A DNA stretch of 64,000 nt from Monocercomonoides exilis PA203 (taxonomy: Eukaryota; Protista; Preaxostyla): contig LSRY02000025.1 of assembly GCA_001643675.2 (NCBI GenBank), positions 1,178,001 to 1,242,000 on the forward strand, given 5' to 3'. Below are positions 22,706-36,300 of the stretch, piece by piece. Every line of letters begins with the position of its first letter. Position 1 is the first letter of the stretch. Made by a program: the position numbers and the translations under genes. The notes beneath the pieces were generated by a model. The model searched no databases. It saw only the letters and a program-made list of their open reading frames with translations, and was not told the origin of the DNA.

Positions 22706-25700
22706 ATGGAAGGCAGCAACGAGAATAGCGATTTCGATCAGATGAAACAAAAAATTTCGAGTTTAACTGAGGAATTGAAGCAAAAACAAAATGAACTCGA
22801 AACAATGAGAAGTACCCAAAAAGAACTTCTTGAAGCAAGACAGTCAGCTATTGATCAAGTTCAGGTATTTTAAAATTGATTGTATAATGAAACAAGTGAT
22901 TTTCATTTATGATTTATTTCATTTTTTAGAAAGAAAAAGACAAAGCAAAATCAGCCCAAGACGATTTGAAAAAGCTTCAACTCGCGACAGCCGATTCGCA
23001 AAAGTTGATTTCGATTTTGAGAAGCGAAGTTGAAAAATCTAAGAAAATGCAAGAGGATTATGAGCAGACAGAAAACGAATTTAAAAAAATGAAATTGGAT
23101 TTTCAAAGTCAAGTTAGAAAAATTGAAGAAGAACGGGATTCAGCTTCCATCCAAGTTAAACAACTTGAAGCTATGGTGGACACATTGCAACAGAAGGAAA
23201 AAGAAAACGAAGAATTGATGAGAGAGAAAAGTTTTGAATCAGAAGAACGACTTAGAAAAATTGATCAAGGAGATCGGAAAACAGCACAGTTGACAGCTCA
23301 ATGCGAAGGGATGCAGGAGCAAATAGAAAAAATGAAATCTGATCACAAAATTGAGATTGAAATGCTTCACGATCAAATCACTTCGCTTGTGGAGACAATT
23401 CGTACACTTGAAAAAGAAAAAGACGAAGCAAAAGAAAAACACTTTCAACTTTTGTCATCAACCAGAAGCGACCAAGAAGCTTATGCAGAGCAAGCAGTCG
23501 AATCAGAGAAAGCACGCCTTTTGCAGCAGCTTGCAGATGAAAAAAGAGAAGCTGAAGCACAAATCAATCAACATATTAACGATTTTCGTGAAATGTCCCA
23601 CAAATATGATGATGCCAAAAACAAAATACGGGATCTTGAAGTTGCATTACTCCAAAAAGAGAAAGAAGCAGCTGCAGCTGAACAGCGAGCATCAGAGATT
23701 GAGAAGCAGGCTGCGTTGGCTAACAGAGGCACAGCCACAGAGACTCGAGTGCTTTTGGACAGAATCAAAGCAATTGAGGTACAATTCAACGCACAAACGA
23801 ATTCGAACAAAGAAAAGATCAAAGCACAGGAAGAAGCAATCAACAATCTGAACCAAAAGATTGCAGCAGAAGAGAAAGAGAAGATCATTCAGACAGAAAA
23901 AGCGATGAATGCACAGAAAGAAGTCGAGAGACTAACTGAAGCGTTGGCCAAAGCGGAGTTTGAGAAGAAGAGAGCAGAAGAAGCAGCGAAACAAGCTGCA
24001 AATGAGAAGGAGGAGCTGCGGATGGAGACGCAGCATGATCTGATGGAGAAGACAGGTACCATCTCGCGAGAAGTAGATGAATGGCGCAGGTCAGCCGCAG
24101 ACGCCGAGTATAAAGCGAAAGAGCTGGCAACCACACAGAACATGCTGGAGAACACGCTTCAGCAGACGAAGAGAGAGGCAGAAGTGGAGAGAAGGGTTCT
24201 GCAGTCAGAACTGAATAAGCTGAGACAGCGACTGGATCAGGTGACGAAGGACAACGAGATGCTGGCACAGCAATTGGACGATGCGCTGGCTGTGAAGGAG
24301 AATCTTTCATCGCAAGTGGAAGCACTTACAAGCGGGGCAGAGACATTGGAGGAAAGAGAGGCGAAGGTGGAGAGCGAGCTGGCAGATGTGATGAAGCTGA
24401 AGAAGGATCTGGAGACGATCTACAACCAGCTTCATGGGGAGAAGGCGATGACAGACGCAGCGCAGGTTGAGATGAAGAAGCAGCACCGCCAAATGGAAGA
24501 AGAATTGATGGCCATCCGCGATGAGATGAACAGAGCAGAACAGCAACACAACGAAGAGATCGCTGAAAGAGACGGGCGCATCGCAGCATTGCAGCAGAAG
24601 GTGAACGAGCAATCTGGCGAACTGGGCATTTTGGAAGCACAAAAGAAAGACAACGACGAAGAGCTGGCGAAAATGACAAGCGATCTGAGGAGACTTCGCA
24701 CAGAAAACGCGAAGTTGAGTGAGAACAAGCGTGTTATTGAGTCAGAAGACGAGTCGCTGCAGCAACAGCTGAGCAATGCAACGAGCTCAAAAGCTCTGTT
24801 GGAGTCAGCTTTGCAGGCAGCGAAGGCAGAAATGGAGGATATGCGCATGAAGACACAACAGGAACTGGATGATGCAAATTCTGAGATTCGCCATCTGCGC
24901 TCGAAATACAACGATTTGCAGACAGTTTCTGATTCTCGTGCAAAACGGCTGGCAGAACTGGAGCAGCTGTTTGACCAGTCCAACAACAGAACAAAGCAGC
25001 TTCTGCAAGAAACGACGAAAATGCGTGTTGTTGTGGAAGACCAGATGCTGACAACGGCTGCAGATGCCTTTTCGCCGTCTTCGTCGCAGCACAGAATGTT
25101 CAAGACACCAGTAAGAGGTTCTCCCTCACCAGCATCTGCCTCCACATCTGCCTCATCCTCGTCAGGGATGGTGATCACACCAGGCATGCCCCGCCGCACA
25201 GCATCTGCCTCGCGCGTCCCTCTCAGACCGTCTGGCCTGTCGCCTTCACTCAGCGTGCCTGGCTCATCGTCAGTCTATCGAGGAGGCCAGCTGACATCCA
25301 CACTCAGCAACATCACCCGAATTGCCCCGCCAACAAACTACTCGTCGACTTATCGTCGTGCTCCTGTCATTCCTGCAGCTGGAGACGGGGGAGTTGGCTC
25401 ACTTCATCTTAAGACAGCCTCAACGGCACAGTCAACAACACCAGGAGACTCAACAGCATCTGCTGCACTGGGCTCATCCACCGCTGGCATGACGCCTGGC
25501 ATCACGTACGGCCAGTCTGATGTGCAGCGGAGGCTGAACGAGCTGCTCCGAAAGAAAGCGCCCACTTCACCTGTTTCTGCTGTGGCAATGGCAGCTGACA
25601 CAGCCACACATCTCACCATCCGCACCCGCACTGCTGCTGAGCGCGTAGCCATGTCTGAAGACACACGCGCCACTTTCCCTGGCTCGCAGGCATTCACTCC

Positions 25701-25965
25701 TATTCGCCCTGCAGGCTATCCTGATCCAAATTCTGACGTGTTGAGCAGCAGCGACTCGACGGTACATTCAGAAGCGGAGAATAGAGAAGACTCAACAGAA
25801 TCACTCCCAACTAACGTGGACGGAAATGACGAAGATCCAAATGTGAGAGCTCTTGTTGCTGGAGTAATCCTCAAAGACGATCCAAGAACAAGCGCAGGAG
25901 ATCTTCAAGCCGACCTCGCACGCCTGAGAGGAACAATGCAACAGATGATGGCAACAGGCTCCTAG
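22706..25965 (+). CDS. ~1064-aa long coiled-coil protein with Ser/Thr/Pro-rich tail; exons 22706-22864 and 22930-25965
   Basis: A phase-0 GTATTT..TTTTAG intron (22865-22929) joins ORF 22691 to ORF 22966. Heptad-like E/K/Q/L composition over about 740 aa. Confidence 0.8.
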
Positions 25966-26209
25966 TTTTATATTTGCGCGTGATAGAAATTTTCACCCTT
26001 TCTATTAACATATTGAAATCTCTCACTTCAGTTTGTCAAAATCTCAGTGAATTTTTTTGTTTTTTTAAATCAATAGTATTTAATTTTATCTTCGATTTCA
26101 CAGCATATTTTTTGTTGAAAAATAAATGTAATGGAGAAAAAGAACATTAATTAAAAAAGTTTTGTAAAAATATTTTAAAAAGGATTACGCAACAGAATGT
26201 AATTTTAAA

Positions 26210-26689
26210 TTAAAACAAAAAAGGATATCCGTAAGCTGGAAAATATCCAGATAAGAATGCATTTGCATACGGAGATGGAGAAAAGAAACTTGGATAAGCA
26301 AACAATGACGAATACATTGGATTCCATGGTCTTGCAAATAATGGCATTGCATATGGAGAATACGCAAATGGATTGAAAGCTGAGAACATATGATTGAACA
26401 TTTCTGGGCTCATCTGAACTGGATTCATGTGTCTGTGAGGAGCAGGATCTGTATCAGGTCCTGCATGATAAATAACATTTCCATATGGATCAAATGCAGA
26501 TGATGATGACCAGCTGTTTGAATAAGAAGAAAAATGACTGTTAGGATTGTGCATTTGGCATTCCCTTGCATGATAGTTTGGAGATTGCTCAACATAATCA
26601 TATCCCATCATTGGCTGTTGAGAAGAGTAAAATCGTTCACACAATGCAGAAGCTACTGTTGCAGCTATTATTAAAGCGAGGTGATTCAT
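26210..26689 (-). CDS. 159-aa putative secreted Tyr/Pro/Phe/Ser-rich protein
   Basis: ATG..TAA ORF with signal-peptide-like MNHLALIIAATVASALC and repeated P[FY]A[YF] motifs, in AT-rich flanks. Confidence 0.7.
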   Translation of the reverse strand: MNHLALIIAATVASALCERFYSSQQPMMGYDYVEQSPNYHARECQMHNPNSHFSSYSNSWSSSSAFDPYGNVIYHAGPDTDPAPHRHMNPVQMSPEMFNHMFSAFNPFAYSPYAMPLFARPWNPMYSSLFAYPSFFSPSPYANAFLSGYFPAYGYPFLF

Positions 26690-27327
26690 TTTATTTTTGT
26701 ATTAGGCAAAGGCTTTCGAAATATTTGAAAAGAATAACATTGACACGAATTGTAGATAAGCATAATTATAAATTGTTTTTCCGAATCAAAACAAAATAAT
26801 ATCTATTATAGCAATTTTCAATCATGAATAATTAATTTTTTATGCAGAAAATTCGTTCAAATATAAGCAGGAAAATTGCATTTATGCAGAAAACACAAAT
26901 GCTTCTCAAAAATAAAATTTGAAAAAAGTCTCATTTCAAATTTTTTTTGAGACTTGCTTCATATGCGAAGACCTTTTCAAAAACTTTCGTAAAGGAAATA
27001 CAAATTCATAACCATTTTGATCCAAAGTTGATCACATGTCCAAAAAAATTTTTCAAATAGAGAATAAAATAAAAGAAGTTTTCAAAATTTTGTTTCCTCG
27101 AACAGAATTTAATTTATCATCAATATTACATATTCCTAGCATTAAAAATAATTTAATTTTAGTTAAGACACACTTATTTTTATTGGAAAAAAGAACACAA
27201 ATAAATTAAAAGATAAACTTTCGAAAAAATTAAAAAAACACGAAAATTAAATTGTAAAAAAATAAACACTGCATCAATGTATGTGCTATAATCTTTACAA
27301 TATTCTAAAGCTTTTGAAACAACAGTT

Positions 27328-30300
27328 CTACTCTGAGAAATCAAAGAATTTATCAAACATAGCAGATAGCCAAGACTCCCCTAAATTACTATTCAATTTA
27401 CAATCCTCTTCTTTTGGCTTTTCTGCTTTATTTTCTTTTGCTCTTCTTTGAGTTTCCAATTCATCGAAGTGCTGATTCACTCCGAGTTTAAGCAACACTT
27501 CATCAAATGTGCAGCACCGCATCCACATTTCCTTCATCTCCTTTTCAGCCTCAGTTGCCAGCCAAAGATGCAGCTGGGTGTGCTCTCCCCGCATCAACTG
27601 CATAGAAAGTGCAACAAAATGACCGAGAGGCCGGTGAGAGAACTGCACAGGCGGAGAAAATGGAGGAGCTGCCGAGTCGCATTTGACTGTTGGCAATGCT
27701 GATGATTGGGATGATTCCGATTGAGAAGAAGAAGTAGTTGAAGAAGAAGAGGAGGAGGAAGCAGATGAAGAAGAAGAGGCTGAAGTGGGAGATGTTGCAG
27801 TCGAGGACGAAGACTGCGAATGAGTCGAATCTGATTCTGACACTACGACTGATGGAACAAACTTGGCACCTATCCAATCAATCATAGCGAATGCCATGAG
27901 AGATGATCGAATCATGGCAAAGAAAGGAGAACAATGGAGAGAAGATGAAGATGATGATGAAGCAGAGGTTGATGATGCAGACTGGATTGGAGAAGGTGAA
28001 GGAGAAGGGGAAGGAGAATGAATGACTGAAGGAGAAGGTGATGCCAAAACTACATTTTGAGTTCCATTTTTCTCGTTCTTTCTGTGTTTGGCTTCTTCAC
28101 ACAAAAGAGTAAAGAGCAAAGAGTTTCCTCTTTCACCTTCAGGAAGGGCAACAGACACACCACGAATGACAGACAGAATCAGTCTGCGTAACAACACTGG
28201 CTTGACACAGGACCATTCTGCCTGGCTGAGAAGAGTGCGTGCCAAGAGAGCGAAGAAGAGAGGCGTGTCTACTTCAGAAGCAGCCTCAGCAGGTGGAGCA
28301 AGACACGAGGCGATGTATGCTTCATCTGATGTGTTCAGGAAGGAGTGCAGATATCGTTCAGCAAATGCACGCGATTCAGGCACAGTGGGAGACGTGTTGA
28401 GAGAGAGCAGATGATGCACCATGCAAAGATAGTGCGGAAGAAGACGCAGCTGGGCTTCTTTGCTGCATCTGCTTTCGTCTGTGCCTTGTGCAGAGAATGA
28501 AGAAGGCGCAACGGTGTGAATGGTACTTGTTGCCAGCAGACTGATAATTGGAGGAATGGATGGAGAAGACGAAGGAGGAGGAGAGCGAGACGAGGCTGCT
28601 CCAACCATCGATGCTGGAGGTGGAGTGGATGGACGAGAAGATCTGCCTCCGGGTGGTGGAGTGAGCGGGCGAGATGCAACAGCTGAAGCAGCAGCGGCAA
28701 CAGCAGATGCATGTTGTGTGACGATCCATTGAGGAAGCTCAACATCCATCGCCACTTGATGGCACCAATAGCCAGCTAGCTGTTCTAACCCAAGTTGAGC
28801 CATGTGAAGGACCAGCTTCCACTTCAGCTGGCTTCTGAGGTCTTTTCCTCCTCTCAACTGAAGAGATGACGAAGTGGGATTGGGCAATCCAGTGCTCGAA
28901 TTAACCTCTTGCCAGAAGTGCTGCACTCTCTGCTTGTACAGCTTCTCTCCTTCAGCCAATGCAGCTGTCACTTCCGACGCAGATGAAGTGGGAACAATGG
29001 ACGAAAGAGCAGGATTAGAATAAAGAGGGAATAGACCATGACATGGCACTCCGCTGTTGCGCAGTCTTGCCCCTTCCCATTCAGAACGCATCTTCCTTTC
29101 TTGTGTGTCTATCTTTGCAGCAGACGAATGGCATCCATCGTGCACAATGTGGAACACACTGCCAATCTTCACTCCTCTGTCTTCACTGTACAGCGTGTTG
29201 AATGGAGTTTGCGTTCCTTGTGGTGCTGTTGAAAGGTAATTTGATGCCATAGCAGCGGCTGAAGTTTCAGCACTGTCAACAATCAACTGGGCTCCGGATA
29301 ATGGTGAAGAAGAAGATGATGATGATGGTCTTTCCATCATAATTGATCTCTGAAGTCTGCTTAATGATGCTGAGATGAATGATATGTACACAGACATCGA
29401 TTCTTTTGGTCTGTATTTTAAGCCTTCTCTGCAAATGACACAGCAAACGTGTTCGTCTTCTTCTTCGTCATCAACAGGCATTTTTGCTGATTGTGCTATT
29501 TTCTGAGCAGATGCTGCTGTGATGATTGCGGGCGAAGATTGTTTGTCTTCGTCTTTTGGAGATGCATTTGCTGAGCTTGCTGAATCTTCAGTCTTGACAT
29601 CTTTCTTTGGTACGACACTTCCTCCTTTTTTCATGCTGAATCCCATCTTTTGCAGCATTGCCATTCTCTTCTTTTCGGCAAGTCTCTTCTTTTTCATCTT
29701 TTCCTCGTTGATAACTGCCTCCGCGGCTTCTCTCACTGAAGAGTCATCCGATTCGCTGAATGCTGTCATCAATCCCTCAGCAACCACACCCACCTTCTCC
29801 ACAGCTGTCACTCCAATCAGCTTGTGGATGCATACAATCATCAAACACAATTCTGGTGGTGAAGTCTGCTTTTCTGTGGCTGATGAACTTGTGGATACAT
29901 CACTTGACGAACATGCAGCTGATGTCTTTTGCTTGTGTGTTGCTGCGTTGCTCATTTCTATGATCAGTTTCAACGCTGGCGTGTATCCACCTTTGCAGAT
30001 GCCCTGAAGAATGTTCAGAGCATACACAAAGGACGGACGATGCACAGCCGCTTGGAATTGTGATTCATCTATTTGGGCTTCTTCAGTTGATGATTCATTT
30101 CCTTTTGCTTCTTTATCATCTTCTTTCTTTTCAGATTCACCGAAATCGCTTTCACTTCCACCCATTCCAAGTGCATACAGCAGATAATCTATGCATTGTC
30201 TTGTGATTCCTCTTTCAGTGATGGTATCCTTCAAAGCTATTCCCACACTGTCATTCCCCATTCCACTGCACACAATACCAAAGCCATTCAGCATAAACTT

Positions 30301-33300
30301 CAAGTCACCTTCTGTCAATGCCACTTTCTTTTTTCCTTTCTCGTCTCCTTTTTCTGCTGGTGCATCCTTTGGAATTGACTCTGCCTCTTCATTTGACTTC
30401 AGCGCATCGTATCTGCGGAAGAGCAAAGAGTTCTCGAAGAACGACACCAATCTGTCCATTGCAGCCTTTTCGCCTGAAGTCAGGAAAGGAAGAATAGAAA
30501 GGATGGACGCTACGAGGCGAGGATTCTTTCGCACAGCTGGCGAATCGAGACGTGTCAAGATGGCTGACACATGCGAGAATGCTGAGCCAACCATGGCAGC
30601 TGTTGGAGCGGAAAGGTTTGTCAATCCTGTTGAAGCAGCCGATGCACCTGCTGATCCAATAACTGAGGAAGATGCAGAAAGAGATGACGAATGAACTAAT
30701 GAAACAGTGCCAGATTTTCCCTTCTTCTCTCTTCCTTCCTTCATCTTCTCCTTTTCGATGTTCGTCTGCTTCTCATGTTCTGCCAAAAGCGATCCCAGAA
30801 GAATGATAATCTGCTCAGCAGCCCCAACAAAGGCGGCTGTTTCTCTTCCCATTGCTCTTCTGAGCAGAGTAACCAGCACGGCAATTCCGTCCACAGCTAA
30901 CAACCTCCTTCGTATTATGCTCAATCTGCATCCGAAGCGGAGGAGACGGAACAGAAGTGAAGAAAGCTCACTTTGAATCTCAAAGTCCACAAGTGTCTTA
31001 AGGAAACGAACACACGAAGAGATTCCATCAGTGTATGAGTGAACGGATGAAGACTGTTGCGTGGATGATGGAACTTGTGTAATAGCAAATGGAGATGATG
31101 GAGAAGCGGAAGAAATGTTTGCCAAAGGCTCTTTTTCCTTTAGAGCAGCCGAACCGCTTTGGAATGGATTTGGTGGAGCTCCTCTGACTTTCTCTTTTTG
31201 TTCAGCTTCTTCTCTGAGCTGTTTGAGTGGATCAAACATTGCAAATGGTCCGCTGATTGATGGCACATGAACCTGAGGTACTTTTCCCCTTTCTTTCTCC
31301 TCTTTCTTTCTCCTTTCTCTTTCTTGCTCTTCTTCCTCCTCCTTTTTGATCTTTTGTATCGTCACTGCCATTGACTGTTCTTCTAATAGAGATTGTGTTC
31401 CTCCAAACCTCAAATAGCGTCCGAATGCAGTTTCTCTTCCATGTGAATCAACACAGACATCAAATACAGCCCTTTCTTTTTCTGTCATTTTCTCGCGCTT
31501 CTTCTTCATATACGAACGAATTCTTGCCAAATCCTTCTCCTTCTTTGACTTTGATTCACTCTTTTGAGACACTTTGATTGGAAGCGATGAAGAAACTGAC
31601 GATGAAGTCGATGATGCAACATTTGACTCGGCTGTTAAGAATGGAATTGAGTCTATTCCAACAGTATCTTTGTTGTAATCAACATCGATTGGCAGAAGCA
31701 ATGCTGCAGCAGGCGAATTAAGCTCCTCCTCAATTGTAATATCCACATTTTGTGTTTCATCCTCCTCATCATTTACCCTTAAATCACTGATAAGTGTTTC
31801 AGTAGCCAATCCATCAAAACCTTGTAGTCTAATAACAACCTCCATTGGTTCGCTGTAGTCCAACTGCTCGTCTGGCTGAGGATTGCCAAAAACTGCAGGA
31901 CGGAACACTTTGTCATAAACAGCAGCAACCTCGTTGTCCAATCCGATGATGTTGTTCTCCACCATCAGCTCAATCGAGTTGTCGTCACGTTGCATCTCTT
32001 CATTGATTCCACATTCACGGCACACCCACGCCTTCACATCTGCAAATGTCACATAGCCAGGTGGACCTCTCTCCTCCTTCTTTTTGTTCTCCGTGATTTC
32101 CTCTTCATCAGCTCCACTTCTTCCTTCAGAGCAGCTTTTCGCATTGAGTTTCTTCCACATCTGTGCAAACTCTCCTTCCATTTCTTTGGAAGAAACTGCA
32201 CCGCCGTTGAATTCACCAGGAATGAAATCAGCTTGAGTGTGATACTTCTGGAAAGTCATTATTATCTCTGGAATTGGCCTCTGTGGACAGAGGAAGTTGC
32301 ACAACTTTGAGAACACAGCAATTGGTCCTCTTCCTGTTGTGTGGTTGGCCAACGAACGGGCACATGAGACAATAAGATGATTGCGAGCTTTTGGTGGAAG
32401 TTCAGTCTGTTTTTTGGTGCTTGATGATGGCGAGCCAGACGCAGATGCAGACGAGGAAGATTCAGTTTGCATTGCGTTTGACTCATCATCCACAATTGCC
32501 TCCATCCCAACGCCATCGTTCTCTTGCATCATCTCCTTTCTCCTTTCCTTCTGTCTTTCCTTCTCCTTTTTCTTTGCAGAGCTAACCACAACCGTCTCCA
32601 CAACTTCATCCAAAAGATCTCCACAAATGTCAGTTTCCTGTGTTCTCATGAGCAATAACGACCGAGACGTGAACACAGCATCATACAACGCACCAATCAA
32701 TTGTGGCTCAGCACTTATGCGATTGATGGACAAAGAACTCATCGGGGTCGGCTGAAGGATATGCGCCAATATCTTTGACGCAGCCAGAAGAAGTCCAGAA
32801 GATGTGAGATCGAGCGATTCAACAGAAGAAAGTGAAAGAGGATCAGAATTCGCGATAGACACAGCTGATGGCGATGATTCAAACAGAGAATTTGTTGCCT
32901 GGCAATAGCTGGTACTCATTGCTGAATCTTGTTTGAGCGAATTGCTTGAAACAAACATTGATTTGAACATATTTGTATCTTTTCCAATCTTTGTTTGTTT
33001 TGATGTTCCTCGTTTGCTTTTTGACTTCTCATTTTCTGTCTTGTTTCCACTTTTCATCTCTTCTTCAGCCCAGATCTTCTCAAATCCTCTCTGGATGATG
33101 CCAACCAAATACGCCAATCCTCCTCTCGCAGACACAAACAGTTTCCGCTCTTCTCCTTCACTCAACAATCTGAGAAGTACTTTCACAACTGGATGACTGT
33201 CAATTCCATTTCCTCTCGTAGTCAGAATTCGCCTCATCTTGTCGCTTGTTCCAGTTGCGATTGCCACATCCAAATGTGGATCAAGAAGTTGGGCTTCCAA

Positions 33301-36300
33301 TGCCTCTGTATCAATTTCACGCTGTTCAGCCTCCAATGCATCCTCGTCATCATACTGAGACTGATTTGGTGGGACAAGCATATCCCATTTGGCGTTTGTT
33401 GATTGATTCTGTGATTGACTGTGTCTTCTTCCTTTCTGTACTATTCGATCATTTATTGCTGCTTCAGTTGTCGAAGTAAATGCAGTGGAACAAGTGATAT
33501 TGGGTGAGAGACGAGGTAATAGCGAAAGAAGAAATTCAATTGAAGCAAATGTCAGATAATCGTTGTAACGGGTGAGGGAAAACAAAAGATGCAGAGCATC
33601 TTCCACAACAGCACCTGAACATGATGATGTCAGAAGCAACGCCAGCCAAGATGAAGGATGGAAAATAGGCGGATGAATGAAAGAAGATGCAGAAATCGCT
33701 GGTGGAGGTGATACAAATGAGAAAGAATCAATTGGAGAAGGAATGATATCTTTATGCTCATCAACTGCTCTTTTTGAAGGAGCATTTAATTCATGCGCTC
33801 TCAAATGTGCAAGCCATTTGCGAGCAAATCGTCGAGCTATTCGAACTTCCTTCTTTTCATTCTTCTGCACATTCCCACTCATTTCCTGGTGCTTTTCAAT
33901 CTCAGTCTCTGCGAACATGACACTTTGCGAGCTTTTGCCCATTGCTTCTTCACTAACAACATTCAAGAAGTCAACTGACTGCATTTTGAGCCAAGACTTC
34001 ATTGGTGACTGAACAGCTGTTCCTTCTTCCATCTCCATCACATGTCGCGTGAATGACTTGTAAGGAGCTGGAGTCACATTGGATAGGACAGATCGAATGT
34101 GGATGTATCTATCATTATCATCATCTTCTTTATCTTTAACTTCAGTTTCTTTGATTTTATCAGATTTTTCTTCCATTTTCCCTTCTTCAACCGATTCATC
34201 TTCTTTGCCGCCAATTTCTTTGATTGCTTCTTTTTCATCAGATAAGCTTTTCTTTTTCACTTGTTTGTTCTCTTTGTTCTTTAAGTCCTTTTTTTCATTT
34301 GTTCCCTTTCGGATTGTGAATGAAGCAGTGTGTACCAGAACAGACAAGCATGGCTGTACCAACGCTTCACTCAGCTGTGCAGAGGCTGGATTTGTGGTGA
34401 GCGCTAGGAGCATCAGGCGGAAGCAGAGTGCAACACGACTGAGCCAGAATTGGTCATTCACCGAGTTGCACCACGCAACAAGGAACGAGATTTCTGTGGA
34501 GATTGTTTGAGAAACGTTCAATGAATTTGCATGGAAAATAGCAAAACGTGCCTTTTCCTCAATACGGTTGAGTAATATTCGAGTGGCAAATTCACTGCCA
34601 GCTGACAAAGCGCACAAAGTGGATGCTGTTAATGTTCGGAGAGAAGATGATGGCGAAGATAGGCCAGAAGTCAAAAGAGACTGAAGAAGCGGAGGAATAG
34701 AAGATGATGGACTTGCTCCAAGAACAGACATTGAAGAGCTAAGCAATGAACGAGTGAGAGTATGATCACTTAAAATAGAGATGCAGTGGCAGAGGCAGCT
34801 GAGACCAGCATAAACAAAAGCACTTGCACAACCATAGCAAGTTGATTGTTGTGCTGAAGTGCCTGCATTTGCAGCAAACGCCAAAGAAGACCCAGCTGGC
34901 GACAAAAGCAGAGTCGACAAAAATCGGACAGTGCTGTCAGAGCGTAGAGGAGGGCATGCTGCAAAGAGACTGGTAAATGAATAAGAGCAGGCATATGGAA
35001 TATTAGCACGCTTGACTGCTGTGGTGTGTGTTCCGATTTCAATCGGAGAGGAAGACGAAGTGATTGATCTCGCAAGACGAATTGGCTGGCGAATTTCACT
35101 TTTTCCTTCACTACCAGCTTCAACCGCCTTTTCTCCATCTTCGTCCTCTTTGTCATCGCTCATGTCACTTTGATCCCACTCATCCACATCGACAGCACCA
35201 CCAGTTTCTGTCCCAACAGTTGTTGTGTAATCCTGCAGCGCCTGCTTCAGGCTGTTCAGCTGCATCGTCACTTCTGCCAAGCGGTGTGCAGTGTCTGAAG
35301 CATCGATGAAGAACAGATTGGCCAATGATGTAATTGAGGAGCTTATGTGAGAAAGCTTCAGTGTTTGCGTATTTGATGTTGACGAAGAAGACGAAGGAGG
35401 ATGGCGAGCTGCTGATCCAAATGGATTACTTGAACCAAATGAATTAGTCCTTCCTTCGTTTCCACCGTCTGAAAACTTGCTTTTCTTGCTTTGCTTCGAT
35501 TGCTGAACAATATTTTTCAAAAGAGAATTTTCAGGCAACATAATCATATCTCCTGTGCGTGTGACAACATCATACTCTGCTTTATCAACAAACTTGACCA
35601 CATCAGCCGACGAAAGAGAGACTTCTCTATTCGCATAGCTCGACTCATATCTCGAAGATGAAGATAAAGCTGCTGAATTGTCGCTTTGAGCATCTGAAGA
35701 AGGAACAGTGGCTGTTGACACCACTGATGCAACACTCACCCGGCGGCCTTCTTCGCTTCCGCTTCCTTCGCAAAGTGTCATTTCGTGTGCTATCTTCTTT
35801 CTGATTGTCACAAGCTTGCTGTTCAATGAGCTCTTTTCTCTACTCAACTTTTCCATCTCCTCAACACATCTCATACGCTCTGCCTCATCTTCAATTACAG
35901 CAGCAGCAGAAGACGGACGAGCAATAAATGAGAAGCTAGGGCGGAAGAACCGACAGAATCCACATTCAGGACAGATGATGGAGTTTGGCTGGTTCATGTT
36001 GATATTTCTGCACTGCTTGCACATCAGGGCATTGTCATAGCAGCCAATGCAGTTGCCGTGTCTTCGCAGACAAGGCATTCCACACCGTCCACACTTCACT
36101 TGCTCGAAATGTGGGATGCTGTTGATTGAATACGAAGATGAAGAAGAAGATGCTGTTGAGTCAACAGTCGCATTCAGAGGGGAATGCTTGAGGAGTTCTT
36201 CTGGATCGGGATTGAGATAAGGTCCCTCAATAAACTCAAACATAACAGCTGCGGCTGTCAAAGGCACATCGAAATCAGCATGGACTTCTTCATTCTGAGA

